Below, piece after piece: positions 30,001 to 38,586 of a stretch of DNA of 64,000 nucleotides. The DNA is taken from the NCBI GenBank assembly GCA_963836755.1, contig CAWIKF010000001.1, positions 32,001 to 96,000 on the forward strand. Direction: 5' to 3'. The notes below the pieces were generated by a model, which was given only the letters and a program-made list of their open reading frames with translations, was not told the origin of the DNA and did no database searches. Both the position numbers and the translations under genes were made by a program. How positions within the stretch are numbered: position 1 is the stretch's first letter; each line of letters begins with the position of its first letter. Source of the stretch: an uncultured Verrucomicrobiae bacterium (GTDB lineage: Bacteria; Verrucomicrobiota; Verrucomicrobiia; Chthoniobacterales; Chthoniobacteraceae).

Positions 30001-30516
30001 AACAGCCGGATCGAGCCCCGCGGCACGAAACTTTTCCGCCAAAAGATCATGCGCCTCCTGGTCGAAATCGCTCGGGTCCCCCGCGCTTTTATCCGGCGAG
30101 TAAACCGTCGCGTAAAGCCGCTCGGCGGGAAATTTCCACCGCTCGACGACCAGCTCCCACGCCCACTCGATCGCTTCCTTTTTGAAGTAATCGCCGAAGC
30201 TCCAGTTGCCGAGCATCTCGAAAAATGTGTGGTGGTAAGTATCGAGCCCGACGTCGTCGAGGTCGTTGTGCTTGCCGCCGGCGCGAATGCACTTTTGCGT
30301 GTCGGCCGCGCGCGTCGGCGAGCCTTTGATCGCGCCGCTCCACGTGTCGACGTCCGGTTTTCTTTCGCCCAAAAAAATCGGCACGAACTGGTTCATCCCC
30401 GCGTTCGTGAAAAGCAAATTCGGCGAGCCGGGCATGAGCGAGCTCGACGGCACGATCGTATGATTTTTCTCGCGGAAAAAATCGAGGAACGACTGGCGGA
30501 TTTGCGCGGAGGTCAT
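26953..30516 (-). CDS. alaS: Alanine--tRNA ligase carrying three in-frame insertions, with a frameshifted C-terminus
   Basis: LLFTNAGMNQF, HHTFFEMLGNWSFGDYFK, EIWNLVF, VDTGMGFER, RVIADHIR, GFPLDLT, YAEMGGQVGD; editing motifs HHTVTHLLH and ELCAGTH. Confidence 0.97.
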   Translation of the reverse strand: MTSAQIRQSFLDFFREKNHTIVPSSSLMPGSPNLLFTNAGMNQFVPIFLGERKPDVDTWSGAIKGSPTRAADTQKCIRAGGKHNDLDDVGLDTYHHTFFEMLGNWSFGDYFKKEAIEWAWELVVERWKFPAERLYATVYSPDKSAGDPSDFDQEAHDLLAEKFRAAGLDPAVHIVNGNKKDNFWMMGDTGPCGPCSELHVDLTPAGDTRGSLVNKGDPRCIEIWNLVFIQFNAQPQREKGAHASSVPALASSRSEDAGTMPADAPKMGALPTEFVPLAQKHVDTGMGFERVTSIIQGTRNFTDFANAKISNYETDIFRPIFDELERMSGKTYRSTLPGTGEVTGSAPETPGSPRETVSEGEKDVSTGQKGISNPQADVSPAHRDVSEPQADVSQPQGDVSHPQTDVSGPRADVSKAQRDVSEAQRDVSRPQRDVSRSDVENPKTGSENATSSVSPDQIALDIAFRVIADHIRTLSFAIADGIQPGNTDRNYVLRRILRRAVRYGRTLGFHEPFFYKLVAVLARTIGDVFPEIRGKQKQIEEVLKREEEAFNRTLDKGIELFEREVGRVSGDAGRMPADAPKMGALPTDPLPQRPTGDATGSARFQRAASGILPDAIPTPTTQTRLRAPGARFSRRNLPHYERPHGIYHITFTTHQRRILTPAARDIVLKALLHFDQIRYDLFAAVVMPDHVHVLLQPWIKPTDMDTPPVFWNLTELTHSIKSFTANEINQLEGNRGTPVWEKESHDRLMRSDEEVEEKFFYICGNAESAVEAGQDYPWLWTWCDRAAGSAGGAPQDAKHSTLEACAPDAPAPDATDRVISGAFAFRLYDEQGFPLDLTELMARERGLSVDTAGFEKLMEEQRSRARAAQKKQVIELSQIETKEPTHFLGYDHNHTGADVQEVVALKEKTAVVLNNSVCYAEMGGQVGDTGELTGAGKLWRIVNTQKSGATWLHFIEGGDAPSPGEHVTVEFDAARRAAIQRHHTVTHLLHWALHEVVSKDATQKGSSVGPEKLTFDFNSPALTPAQVRDMEKLVNEKIVENAGVAWTEVPFAEIKGRPDVMQFFGDKYGDVVRVVQIGGSPAKLDGYSMELCAGTHTRATGEIGLFKIVSEAAIAAGVRRIEAVAGLNAYDFAAADSERLKNFAAKLNAPVGEIEKKLDAMLAQQKDLEKALNAPRRSAKPRGARKL
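28096..28719 (-). mobile_element. REP-flanked RAYT/IS200-like Y1 transposase unit inserted in frame in alaS (624 bp = 208 codons)
   Basis: Perfect 23-bp inverted ends GGGAGCGCACGCTTCCAGCGTGC (28096-28118) and GCACGCTGGAAGCGTGCGCTCCC (28697-28719); internal RRNLPH, YHITFTT, VMPDHVHVLL (HUH), WEKESHDRLMR, YICGN. Confidence 0.88.
28754..28813. repeat. REP variant plus inner palindrome; 60-bp direct repeat of 29699-29758
   Basis: TCCGTCGGGAGCGCACCCATCTTGGGTGCATCAGCCGGCATC(C/G)TGCCGGCGTCT...; 2 mismatches in 60 bp, offset 945 bp, same reading frame. Confidence 0.9.
29212..29463. repeat. Coding 21-bp tandem array (12 core units, degenerate flanks about 29170-29500) inside alaS, encoding QxDVSxP/A heptads
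   Basis: (G/A)GAAAC/T cores at 29212, 29233, 29254 ... 29443 in exact 21-bp register. Confidence 0.92.
29705..29800. mobile_element. Non-autonomous REP doublet (REPIN-like), 96 bp = 32 codons, in frame in alaS
   Basis: Ends GGGAGCGCAC / GTGCGCTCCC; left hairpin GCACCCA-TCT-TGGGTGC, right hairpin GCACGCT-GGA-AGCGTGC, inner palindrome GCCGGCA-TCG-TGCCGGC. Confidence 0.85.
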
Positions 30517-30555
30517 GAAAAAAGGAGGCGAATCTACGCCAGCGCGCGCCGCGCG

Positions 30556-31983
30556 TCACGCCGCGAGTGCGTCGGCGACCATTTTCAGGTCGGCGACAAA
30601 GTGCGCGTATTCGCGCTCGCGAGCCGCCTCGTCCGGCGCGCGGAGGAGCGACGAGGGATGCACGGTGACGAGCGTTTTTTTGGAAAAGTCCGACGTCAAA
30701 AACTGCCCGCGATCCTTCGTCACGCGGATCGCCGGCCCGAGCACCGCGCCCGCCGCCGTCGCGCCGAGGCAGACGAGAATCTCCGGCTGGATGATGCGCA
30801 TCTCGGCCTCGAGCCACGGCTTGCACGCGGCGATCTCACGCGCGCCAGGCTTTTTGTGCAGACGCCGTTTTCCGCGCGGCTCCCACTTGAAATGTTTGAC
30901 GGCATTCGTCACGTAAACCGCCGTCCGATCCACGCCCGCCTCGACCAGCGCGCGGTCGAGCAGCTTCCCCGCCGGGCCGATGAACGGCCTGCCCGCGAGG
31001 TCTTCCTGGTCGCCCGGCTGCTCGCCGACGAAGACGACTTTCGCGCCGGGCGGCCCTTCGCCGAAAACCGTTTGCGTCCCGTTTTTCCAAAGCGGACAGG
31101 CGCGGCAATCCTTCGATGCGGCGCGAACTTTTTCCAGGCTCGTGGTGTTCGGCACCGGCGCGGGCGCAAAGTTTTCCGCGCTCTCGTCGACGTCCGTTTT
31201 ACTTTTGCGAATCATTTTTTCCATTCGCCGGGGCGCTTCACTCAGCAACGCTGGGATCAGCGCCGCCTCGGGCAAATTCTTCCAATACTTTTTCGGCATC
31301 TCCGCCTGCATCGCGTGCACTTTCACGCGCGCGGGATTGAAAATATTCGCGTAATACGTGCGCCACATTTCCTCCATCTCGTCATCGCGCGGCGCGGCGG
31401 CTTTGGTCACGCCAGCGCTGATGGCAAGCCGCTCGCCGTCCCAATGCGCGCAGCGGTCGGGCGTCAAAATCGCCCAGCGCATGTTCGCAAAACGATCGAC
31501 GAAAAATTTCGCGTTCGCCTCGACGATGTGATGCGACGGCTCGAACCACGCGACGTAAAAAGTTTCGCCGTTTTCCTCCGCGCGCACTTCGCGAAAGCGG
31601 ACGAAGGCGCGCATTTTATGGATGTCGTGCCGCACGGACTTTTCCATCTCGGCCAGCTCGCGCACATCGGCATCGACGGCGATGTCGAGGAGCTTCGGCT
31701 CGCCGTGCGTGAGCCGCCAGAGCACGCGATAAAGCAGCGCCCATCGGCGCTCGTCGCGATGCAGCGCAACGGTCTTTGCGAGTTTGAAAAAAGTTTTTGG
31801 CACCAGAAACCTCGCACCATTTTTCTGCGCCGGCTCCTCTGCTTCGTCGAATAAATCAAGTGCCGGCTGCTCCGCGGTCAGTTCCTGCCAATGAACCGTG
31901 TTCGGCTCCAGGCCTTGATTCAGCGCCGATCGCGCCGCGCGCTGCCAGCCGGCAAAAGTCGGCGCGAAGGTGATCTGTTTCAC
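30556..31983 (-). CDS. DUF4130 domain fused to UdgX-family uracil-DNA-binding protein
   Basis: VRHDIHKMRAFVRF, WFEPSHHIVE, W..YY..IFNPAR, MPKKYWKNLPE (DUF4130); CRACPL, GEQPGDQED, KRRLHKKP, HPSSLLR (UdgX). GTG start at 31983 overlaps the radical SAM stop. Confidence 0.9.
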   Translation of the reverse strand: MKQITFAPTFAGWQRAARSALNQGLEPNTVHWQELTAEQPALDLFDEAEEPAQKNGARFLVPKTFFKLAKTVALHRDERRWALLYRVLWRLTHGEPKLLDIAVDADVRELAEMEKSVRHDIHKMRAFVRFREVRAEENGETFYVAWFEPSHHIVEANAKFFVDRFANMRWAILTPDRCAHWDGERLAISAGVTKAAAPRDDEMEEMWRTYYANIFNPARVKVHAMQAEMPKKYWKNLPEAALIPALLSEAPRRMEKMIRKSKTDVDESAENFAPAPVPNTTSLEKVRAASKDCRACPLWKNGTQTVFGEGPPGAKVVFVGEQPGDQEDLAGRPFIGPAGKLLDRALVEAGVDRTAVYVTNAVKHFKWEPRGKRRLHKKPGAREIAACKPWLEAEMRIIQPEILVCLGATAAGAVLGPAIRVTKDRGQFLTSDFSKKTLVTVHPSSLLRAPDEAAREREYAHFVADLKMVADALAA

Positions 31984-33236
31984 AACTCGCCGCTCAACAC
32001 CGACGTCGGCGGCGCGAAAAGATCGAGCTGCTTCGCCGGTCGCAACCGCGCCGCGAGCGCATCGGAATCGAGCGCGAGCACGTGCGGATTGTGATCGGCG
32101 GTGATGATGAACGGGGAAACTTTTTTCATCGGAACTTTGATCCGCGCGAGATCGGCGAGACGGATTTTGTGCCAGCGCCGCGCGCGTAAAAGTCGGTCCA
32201 CATTCCGCACGCCGAGGCCCGGCACGCGCAGCATCAGCGCGCGCGGCGCTTTGTTGATATCGACTGGGAAAACGTGGCGATTGCGGAGCGCCCACGCGAG
32301 CTTCGGATCGATTCGCAGATCGAGATTCGGCGCGTCGGGCGGCGTGATCTCCTCCGCGCGAAATTCGTAAAAGCGCATCAGCCAATCGGCCTGGTAAAGG
32401 CGGTGTTCGCGCACGAGCGGCGGCGCGATCAGCGGCAGCTTGCTCGAGGCGTCCGGGATCGGGCTGAATGCCGAGTAGTAAACGCGACGTAAACGGTGCG
32501 TTTGATAAAGCGCCGACGCCTCCTGTAAAATCGCCGTGTCGTTCGCCTCGGTTGCGCCGACGATCATCTGAGTGCTTTGACCGGCGGGCGCGAACGCGGG
32601 TGCCTTCGCGCTTTGTTTACGTTCTGCTTTCGCCGCGTCGATGCGCGTTTTGATGCCGCTCATCGCGCCGTGGATGTTTGCGTGATTTTTTTCGGGCGCG
32701 AGTTTTTGCAAATCCTCGCGCCGCGGCAGCTCGATATTGATGCTGATCCGATCAGCGTAGCGGCCGGCTTCGGCGATTAATTCCGGCGCAGCCTCGGGGA
32801 TCGTTTTGAGATGGATGTAGCCTTTGAACCGATGCTCGAGGCGCAAAACTTTTGCCACGCGCACGACCTGTTCCATCGTGTAATCGGGGTCGCGGATGAT
32901 GCCGCTGCTGAGAAAAAGTCCCTCGATGTAATTGCGCCGGTAAAAGTCGAGCGTGAGCTGCACCACCTCCTCCGCGGTGAATCGCGCGCGCTGCACACTG
33001 CTCGACGCGCGGTTAATGCAGTATAAACAATCGTAGATGCAGTAATTCGTCAGCAGTATTTTTAACAAGGACACGCAGCGACCATCGGGCGTGTAGCTGT
33101 GGCAAATGCCGGAGCCGGTGGTCGAACCGATGCCGCCTGAGCCGCGCGAATTGCGTTTCGTGGTGCCGCTGCTCGCGCAGGAGGCGTCGTATTTTGCGGC
33201 GTCCGCGAGGATGGCGAGTTTTTGCTGAAGCTCCAC
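31980..33236 (-). CDS. Putative DNA modification/repair radical SAM protein with C-terminal helix-hairpin-helix
   Basis: KLAILADAAKYDASC, GICHSYTPDGRCVSLLK, CIYDCLYC (CxxxCxxC), REHRLYQADWL, LRVPGLG. Confidence 0.92.
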   Translation of the reverse strand: MELQQKLAILADAAKYDASCASSGTTKRNSRGSGGIGSTTGSGICHSYTPDGRCVSLLKILLTNYCIYDCLYCINRASSSVQRARFTAEEVVQLTLDFYRRNYIEGLFLSSGIIRDPDYTMEQVVRVAKVLRLEHRFKGYIHLKTIPEAAPELIAEAGRYADRISINIELPRREDLQKLAPEKNHANIHGAMSGIKTRIDAAKAERKQSAKAPAFAPAGQSTQMIVGATEANDTAILQEASALYQTHRLRRVYYSAFSPIPDASSKLPLIAPPLVREHRLYQADWLMRFYEFRAEEITPPDAPNLDLRIDPKLAWALRNRHVFPVDINKAPRALMLRVPGLGVRNVDRLLRARRWHKIRLADLARIKVPMKKVSPFIITADHNPHVLALDSDALAARLRPAKQLDLFAPPTSVLSGEL

Positions 33237-33328
33237 GGCATGGCATTATCGCGCAGCGACCGGAGCTCGCAAGTCCGGTGCGGCAACCTTTCAATTTTCG
33301 CCGCGTCATTTTAAGATACGCCCTTCCA

Positions 33329-34357
33329 ATGCTGACGACGCGCCGCAAGCCGGTTTATCCGATCCAGCCGCCGCTGCGCGAATATCTCGCGCAATTCGGC
33401 CGCGAGATGAAGCTGCCGATCACGTATAATGACCTGCGCAGTTTCCGCGAATCGGTGCCGCTTTTGGACAAGAACGAAAAGGAAACGCTCTGGACGGCGG
33501 TGATGTATCACTCGTTTGAAATGGAGCGGCTGCACGAGGGCTTGAAGGAAATTTACGCGCTGCTGAAGGCCGGCGGCGATCGCTCGGTGATGTCGCATCT
33601 CTACGTCGATCGCATCGATTTTTGCAGCTTCGGAAACTCGGAGCCGTTCCGGGTGCGCATCGTGAATTCCTACAACGACAACCAAGATTACTTTTACGTG
33701 AAGCGGGCCGATGCGTCGCGCGTTTACGGGCTGGAGCTCGAGCATTTGCTCTCGCCGAACCGGATGCACTTTCTCACGTGCGAAGAGACATTGATCGAGG
33801 AGCATGTGGCGGGAATTCCGGGCGACATTTTCATCAAGGAATGGCTGCACAATCCGCAGGTGAAAATCGTGCGGCTCGCGAAGGAGCTCGTGAAATTCAA
33901 CGAGCGCTGCCTCATCCGGCTGCTCGGCGACATGCGCTCGTGCAACTTCGTGATGGACATGACGCCGGACGTCGAGGAGGTGCAAATCCGCATCCGCCCG
34001 ATGGACTTTGACCAGCAGAGTTACAACGGCCGGAAGAACTTTTACCGGCCGCAATTTTTCAAGTCTAACCGCGCGCTCGTCGCGTATTGCCTCAAGCATT
34101 TGAACGCACACACCGCGCGGCAATATCAGCGCGAGGAGCAATCGCTGATCCTGCGCCGGATGAACGTCACCGGCGATCGGCTCACGCAGCTGATGAACGT
34201 GATGATGAGCGATCCGATCTCGTTTGAGGACAAAGTCGAGCATCTGCGCGCGGACCTCGCGGAGCATTACAAGGACGCCTCTTATGAAAAACTGGAGACG
34301 ATGGGCGCGCTCGTGCAGCACAACCTCCGCTCGCTCAATGATCGGCTCAAACGCTGA
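33329..34357 (+). CDS. Conserved hypothetical protein with atypical-kinase-like motifs
   Basis: Strong host-like codon usage; YVKRAD, GLELEH, LGDMRSCNF, MDFDQQ. Confidence 0.75.
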   Translation: MLTTRRKPVYPIQPPLREYLAQFGREMKLPITYNDLRSFRESVPLLDKNEKETLWTAVMYHSFEMERLHEGLKEIYALLKAGGDRSVMSHLYVDRIDFCSFGNSEPFRVRIVNSYNDNQDYFYVKRADASRVYGLELEHLLSPNRMHFLTCEETLIEEHVAGIPGDIFIKEWLHNPQVKIVRLAKELVKFNERCLIRLLGDMRSCNFVMDMTPDVEEVQIRIRPMDFDQQSYNGRKNFYRPQFFKSNRALVAYCLKHLNAHTARQYQREEQSLILRRMNVTGDRLTQLMNVMMSDPISFEDKVEHLRADLAEHYKDASYEKLETMGALVQHNLRSLNDRLKR

Positions 34358-34359
34358 TC

Positions 34360-35799
34360 CTATGCGGCCTGCAGCCTGAGTGTGATTTCGAGTCCGCCCG
34401 TCTCGCGGTTGTGCGCGGTGACGGTTCCGCCGCACGACTCGACGCATGTTTTGACAATCGCGAGTCCGAGTCCGACGCCTCCGGTTTCGCGGTTACGCGA
34501 AACATCGATTCGGAAAAATGGGTCGAAAATCTGCGCCAGCGAATTCGGTGGAATGCCCGGCCCGCTGTCGGCGATCGCGAGCGAAATTTCGTCGCCCGCG
34601 CGCGTCGCGGAAATCACGATCGGCCCCGCCGCGGCCGCGTAACGAATGGCGTTGCGGATCAGATTTGCAACGGAGCGCAGCAACAATTTCGGCTCGCCCA
34701 TCACGCGTAAATTTTCCGCGATATCGACTCGAATTTTGACGTCATCGGCGGCCTCGCGCGCGACCGCATTTTCCACCAGATCGCGCAGCGCGATCGGCTG
34801 AAGCTTGATTTCGCTGGCATTGAGCGTCGCTTTTGAAAATGAAAGCAACTCATTCACGAGGCTGGAAATGTGCTGCAATTCTTCCTGCACATCGGCGACA
34901 TAGCCGAGTTGATTTTCGGCGGCGCGCGTTTCCAAAATACCAAGCGCCATTTGCATCCGCGCGATCGGCGTGCAGAGCTCGTGCGCCGTGTCGCCGAGAA
35001 ATCTTTTTTGTCCGCTCACAAAACCCGCGAGCCGCGCGGCCATGCGATTGACCGCGGCGCCGAGCGCGCCAAGCTCGTCGCGCCGATTTTCCGGGACGCT
35101 CACATCGAAACGGCCCGCCGCGATTTGTTTCGTCGCCTCGGTCAGCAGCGAAAGCGAGCGCGTGATGCCGCCGACGAGCGGCAGCCAGAATAGGATGGAA
35201 AAAATCAGCGCGCTCGCCGCCGCAATGAGCAGCGGTTTCGGATCAAAAAAGAGTCCGCCGCCGCTCAGCGACTCGGACGCGATGACGAGCGCGAGCGGGC
35301 CGCGGTGCTCACCGTCCGGCAGTCGGAGATCCTCGATCATCCAATAGCGAGTCGGATGCGAGGAATGTAAAATTTTTTGAAAGTGCGGATCGGGTGGAGG
35401 CGGCGGACGCGGAGCCTCTGGTGGGGGCTCGAACCGCGGATCGTCTAGCGGCGGGCGCGGCGGCGGCATTGCAAGTTTTGCGCGAATCTCCTCCGGAAGC
35501 GCAATCTGCGCGCCCGCGAGCTGTGTGCCGTCTCTCCGAAAAATGAAAAACTGGAGGTGATACGCGTTGTCGAACCGCGTGAGCACCGCGTTCCATTTTG
35601 GCCGCACGGCGCCCCGCAATTCGCTCGCGATGACATCGCGCACCGCTTCGATGCGGGCGTTCGGGCCGCCGGCGATCAGCGTGTCGAGCCCGAAGCGCAG
35701 CTGCGCGTGGAAAATCGCGAAGAATGCGGCTGCGATGAGCAGAAGGTTCGCGAAAAACCAAAGCAAGATTTTTGCATAAAGCGGGAAGCGAATTTTCAC
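34360..35799 (-). CDS. HAMP-domain sensor histidine kinase
   Basis: Two transmembrane segments, HAMP, AHELCTPI, NLIRNAIRY, DSGPG, GGVGLGLAI. Confidence 0.95.
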   Translation of the reverse strand: MKIRFPLYAKILLWFFANLLLIAAAFFAIFHAQLRFGLDTLIAGGPNARIEAVRDVIASELRGAVRPKWNAVLTRFDNAYHLQFFIFRRDGTQLAGAQIALPEEIRAKLAMPPPRPPLDDPRFEPPPEAPRPPPPPDPHFQKILHSSHPTRYWMIEDLRLPDGEHRGPLALVIASESLSGGGLFFDPKPLLIAAASALIFSILFWLPLVGGITRSLSLLTEATKQIAAGRFDVSVPENRRDELGALGAAVNRMAARLAGFVSGQKRFLGDTAHELCTPIARMQMALGILETRAAENQLGYVADVQEELQHISSLVNELLSFSKATLNASEIKLQPIALRDLVENAVAREAADDVKIRVDIAENLRVMGEPKLLLRSVANLIRNAIRYAAAAGPIVISATRAGDEISLAIADSGPGIPPNSLAQIFDPFFRIDVSRNRETGGVGLGLAIVKTCVESCGGTVTAHNRETGGLEITLRLQAA

Positions 35800-36527
35800 G
35801 CGCGCGCGGGATCGAAAAACATGTAGCCTGCGCTACGGACGGTGCGGATGAAGTGCGGCGCCTTCGCGTCGTCGCCCAATTTTTTTCGAAGCGTGGAAAT
35901 GTGGACATCGATCGAGCGATCAAAAACTTCGTAATCGCGATCGCGGATTTCCTCGAGCAACTGCTCGCGCGTTTTGATGCGGCCGCGTGCGCGGGCGAGC
36001 GAGACGAGCAGGTCAAACTCGACCGGCGTGAGTGCGAGCGGCACGTCGCCGAGCACTGCGACGCGAGAGGAGATTTGCAGGCGAAGCTGATCGAAAACCA
36101 ATTCGTCGGCAGGCCCGGAAGCGGCTTCATTACTTGATCGGCGAACAGTGCGGCGCGTGACAGCGCGCAGTCGCGCGAGCAATTCGCGTGGCGAAAACGT
36201 TTTCGGCAAATAATCATCGGCGCCAATTTCAAGACCGACGATACGATCGGCTTCCTCGCCGCGCGCGGTGAGCATGAGCACCGGCACATCGCTCGCGGTG
36301 CGGATTTTTTTCAAGATCTCGAAGCCGTCGAGACCCGGCAGCATGAGATCAAGGATGATCGCGTGCCACGGCTCCGCGACTGCTCGCTCCGCTCCTTCGC
36401 CGCCGTGATGCACGGCCTCCACCTCGTATCCCATCGGATCGAGATAGTCGCGGATCAGCCGGCAGAGTTTGCGATCATCATCGATGACGAGCAAACGCGG
36501 GCGCTGTGGGCGGGAGGGAGAATTCAT
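35796..36527 (-). CDS. OmpR/CpxR-family response regulator
   Basis: VIDDD, LDLMLP, GADDYLPK, RSIDVHISTLRKK, IRTVRSAGY. Confidence 0.95.
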   Translation of the reverse strand: MNSPSRPQRPRLLVIDDDRKLCRLIRDYLDPMGYEVEAVHHGGEGAERAVAEPWHAIILDLMLPGLDGFEILKKIRTASDVPVLMLTARGEEADRIVGLEIGADDYLPKTFSPRELLARLRAVTRRTVRRSSNEAASGPADELVFDQLRLQISSRVAVLGDVPLALTPVEFDLLVSLARARGRIKTREQLLEEIRDRDYEVFDRSIDVHISTLRKKLGDDAKAPHFIRTVRSAGYMFFDPARA

Positions 36528-36570
36528 GCGCGGTCGAAAGTAGGCGACTCGTTCGCTGCAGGCACAAACT

Positions 36571-36620
36571 TTTACACTTCTTTAACAAATTTCCGCGCGC
36601 GCACACATCATCTCTTAACA
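36571..36620. promoter_or_regulatory. Possible OmpR/CpxR-type direct-repeat binding site(s)
   Basis: TTTAC-ACTTC-TTTAAC at 36571 and a second TTAACA near 36615, in the divergent intergenic region. Confidence 0.35.
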
Positions 36621-36682
36621 CAGCGGCGCTAGGTTTTTGCCCAGACAGCGCAGTATGTGCGGTCGTTTAAACAAACATAACT

Positions 36683-37369
36683 ATGAAATTAAAATCGATC
36701 CTTCGTTCCGGTCTCGGCGCCGCGGCTCTGCTCGCGGCCGGCACCGGCTTCACCGCTCCTCAATCGAGCAACAGTCAACCTCCGCCACCTCCGCCGTTGC
36801 CGCCAATTCTGTCCGCACTTGACGCCAACAACGACGGCGTGATCGACGCGGACGAAATCGCCGCCGCGAGCAAAGTGCTGGCGGCGCTCGACACGAACAG
36901 CGACGGGGCATTGAGCCTTTACGAGCTGCTGCTGCCGCCGCTCGCCGGCGGAAAAGATCCGTCATCCACGCCAGATGCGAGCCCCAGCGCCAATGCCAGC
37001 CCCAGCGCGACGCCGGATGCGTGGAGCCAGGGAGTCGGTTCCGGACACAAATCGAAGTCGCACAGCCGCAGTCAAAATGGTCCGCCACCGCCGCAGCTTT
37101 CGATGATGGCGGCGCTGCGCCTCGTCGCCGCGCTTGACGTGAACCAGGATTATTTTGTCGACGCCGATGAAATCAAAAACGCCAGCCAGGCGTTGCTGAA
37201 GCTCGACAAAAACGGAGACGGAAAGCTGACTGCCGAAGAGTTGCAAAACCCGCCGCCAATGCCGCCGGATGGCGGGCAACAGCGCGGCCAAAACACCATA
37301 AATATAATGCCGGGCGGCCTTGCGCCGGGAAACATGCCTCCGCCACCTCCGCCGGGCGGCCGACGCTAA
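36683..37369 (+). CDS. Secreted proline-rich EF-hand protein
   Basis: Signal peptide; four EF-hand-like loops DANNDGVIDADE, DTNSDGALSLYE, DVNQDYFVDADE, DKNGDGKLTAEE. Confidence 0.88.
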   Translation: MKLKSILRSGLGAAALLAAGTGFTAPQSSNSQPPPPPPLPPILSALDANNDGVIDADEIAAASKVLAALDTNSDGALSLYELLLPPLAGGKDPSSTPDASPSANASPSATPDAWSQGVGSGHKSKSHSRSQNGPPPPQLSMMAALRLVAALDVNQDYFVDADEIKNASQALLKLDKNGDGKLTAEELQNPPPMPPDGGQQRGQNTINIMPGGLAPGNMPPPPPPGGRR

Positions 37370-37376
37370 AAAACCG

Positions 37377-37415
37377 GGCTGGGCTTCAAAGGCGATTTGG
37401 GGCCCGGCCTTTTTA
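37377..37415 (+). terminator. Probable intrinsic terminator after the EF-hand gene
   Basis: GGCTGGGCTTCAAA/TTTGGGGCCCGGCC stem (with G-U pairs) followed by a T run. Confidence 0.55.
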
Positions 37416-37430
37416 TGCGAAAAAACGCCG

Positions 37431-38468
37431 CTACTTTTTGTCCGCGTCGAGCGCAGCTTTCACAGCGACTTCAATTTCCTCGTAAAGCGCGCGATCCGTT
37501 TTTAGAACTTCCTTGGCGGCGTCGCGACCTTGGGCGAGCTGGTTGCCCTTGTAGCTGAGCCAAGAGCCTCGTTTTTCCACGATGTTCTTTTCAAGCGCGA
37601 GATCGAGCAGCGAGCCGGTGGTCGAGATGCCTTCGTTATACATGATGTCGAACTCCGCCTCGGTGAACGGAGGTGCGACTTTGTTTTTAACAACCTTTAT
37701 CTTTGTGCGGTTGCCGACGACTGTGCCATCCGGCTGCTTGATCGCGCCGATGCGCCGAATATCCATGCGCACGCTGGAGTAAAATTTCAGCGCCTTGCCG
37801 CCGGGCGTCGTTTCGGGATTGCCAAACATCACGCCGATTTTTTCCCGAATCTGGTTGGTGAAAATGCACGTCGTCCGCGCTTTCGAGATCAGCGCCGTCA
37901 ATTTCCGCAAAGCCGCGCTCATCAACCGCGCCTGGGCACCGACTGTGACATCACCGATCTCGCCCTCGAGTTCCGCTTTGGTCACGAGAGCCGCGACGGA
38001 ATCGATGACGATGACATCGAGCGCGTTTGATCGCACAAGTGTTTCACAAATGCGGAGCGCTTCTTCGCCGGAGCTGGGCTGTGAGACGAGCAACTCGTCG
38101 AGATTCACGCCGAGCTTGCGCGCGTATTGCGGGTCGAGCGCGTGCTCGACATCGATGAACGCCGCGAGACCGCCGCGCTTCTGCGCCTGCGCAATCACGG
38201 TCAAAGTGAGCGTCGTTTTGCCAGAAGATTCCGGGCCGAAAATTTCGACGACACGGCCGCGTGGAACGCCGCCAACGCCGAGCGCGCGGTCAATCAAAAT
38301 ATTGCCGGTGGGAATCACGTCGATATCGACGACCTGCGCGTCGCCGAGTTTCATGATCGCGCCTTCGCCGTAGTCTTTCGCGATTTGTTGAATCGCAAGA
38401 TCGAGATTTTTGTTACGAGCGGCGGTGACTTTGTCTTCCTGGGGTTTTTCTTCGAGTTTGGCGGCCAT
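37431..38468 (-). CDS. recA: Recombinase RecA
   Basis: [52 protein letters not shown]. Confidence 0.99.
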   Translation of the reverse strand: MAAKLEEKPQEDKVTAARNKNLDLAIQQIAKDYGEGAIMKLGDAQVVDIDVIPTGNILIDRALGVGGVPRGRVVEIFGPESSGKTTLTLTVIAQAQKRGGLAAFIDVEHALDPQYARKLGVNLDELLVSQPSSGEEALRICETLVRSNALDVIVIDSVAALVTKAELEGEIGDVTVGAQARLMSAALRKLTALISKARTTCIFTNQIREKIGVMFGNPETTPGGKALKFYSSVRMDIRRIGAIKQPDGTVVGNRTKIKVVKNKVAPPFTEAEFDIMYNEGISTTGSLLDLALEKNIVEKRGSWLSYKGNQLAQGRDAAKEVLKTDRALYEEIEVAVKAALDADKK

Positions 38469-38524
38469 AATTTTCCGGATTTAGATGCGAGCGGCGACGC
38501 TAACAGAGCCGGTGCGCATTGCAC

Positions 38525-38564
38525 AAAAAAAATAACCCGCGCACTTTGTCATGCGCGGGTTATT
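38525..38564 (-). terminator. Intrinsic terminator of the hsp20 pair
   Basis: Perfect 13-bp stem AATAACCCGCGCA/TGCGCGGGTTATT followed by a T run on the minus strand. Confidence 0.85.
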
Positions 38565-38586
38565 CGTCGTTGTCTAACTGGTTGTT

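Noticed and set aside
28651..31854. 1067-aa plus-strand ORF and similar long antisense ORFs (e.g. 9634-11316, 6556-8241, 44173-45747)
   Set aside because: Shadow frames opposite well-supported genes in GC-rich DNA
30556..32385. 609-aa version of the UdgX fusion from the ORF track
   Set aside because: The extra N-terminus overlaps the radical SAM gene; GTG at 31983 with stop/start overlap is the better start
38469..38586. LexA/SOS box upstream of recA or the radical SAM gene
   Set aside because: No convincing palindrome of a LexA type I know was seen by eye
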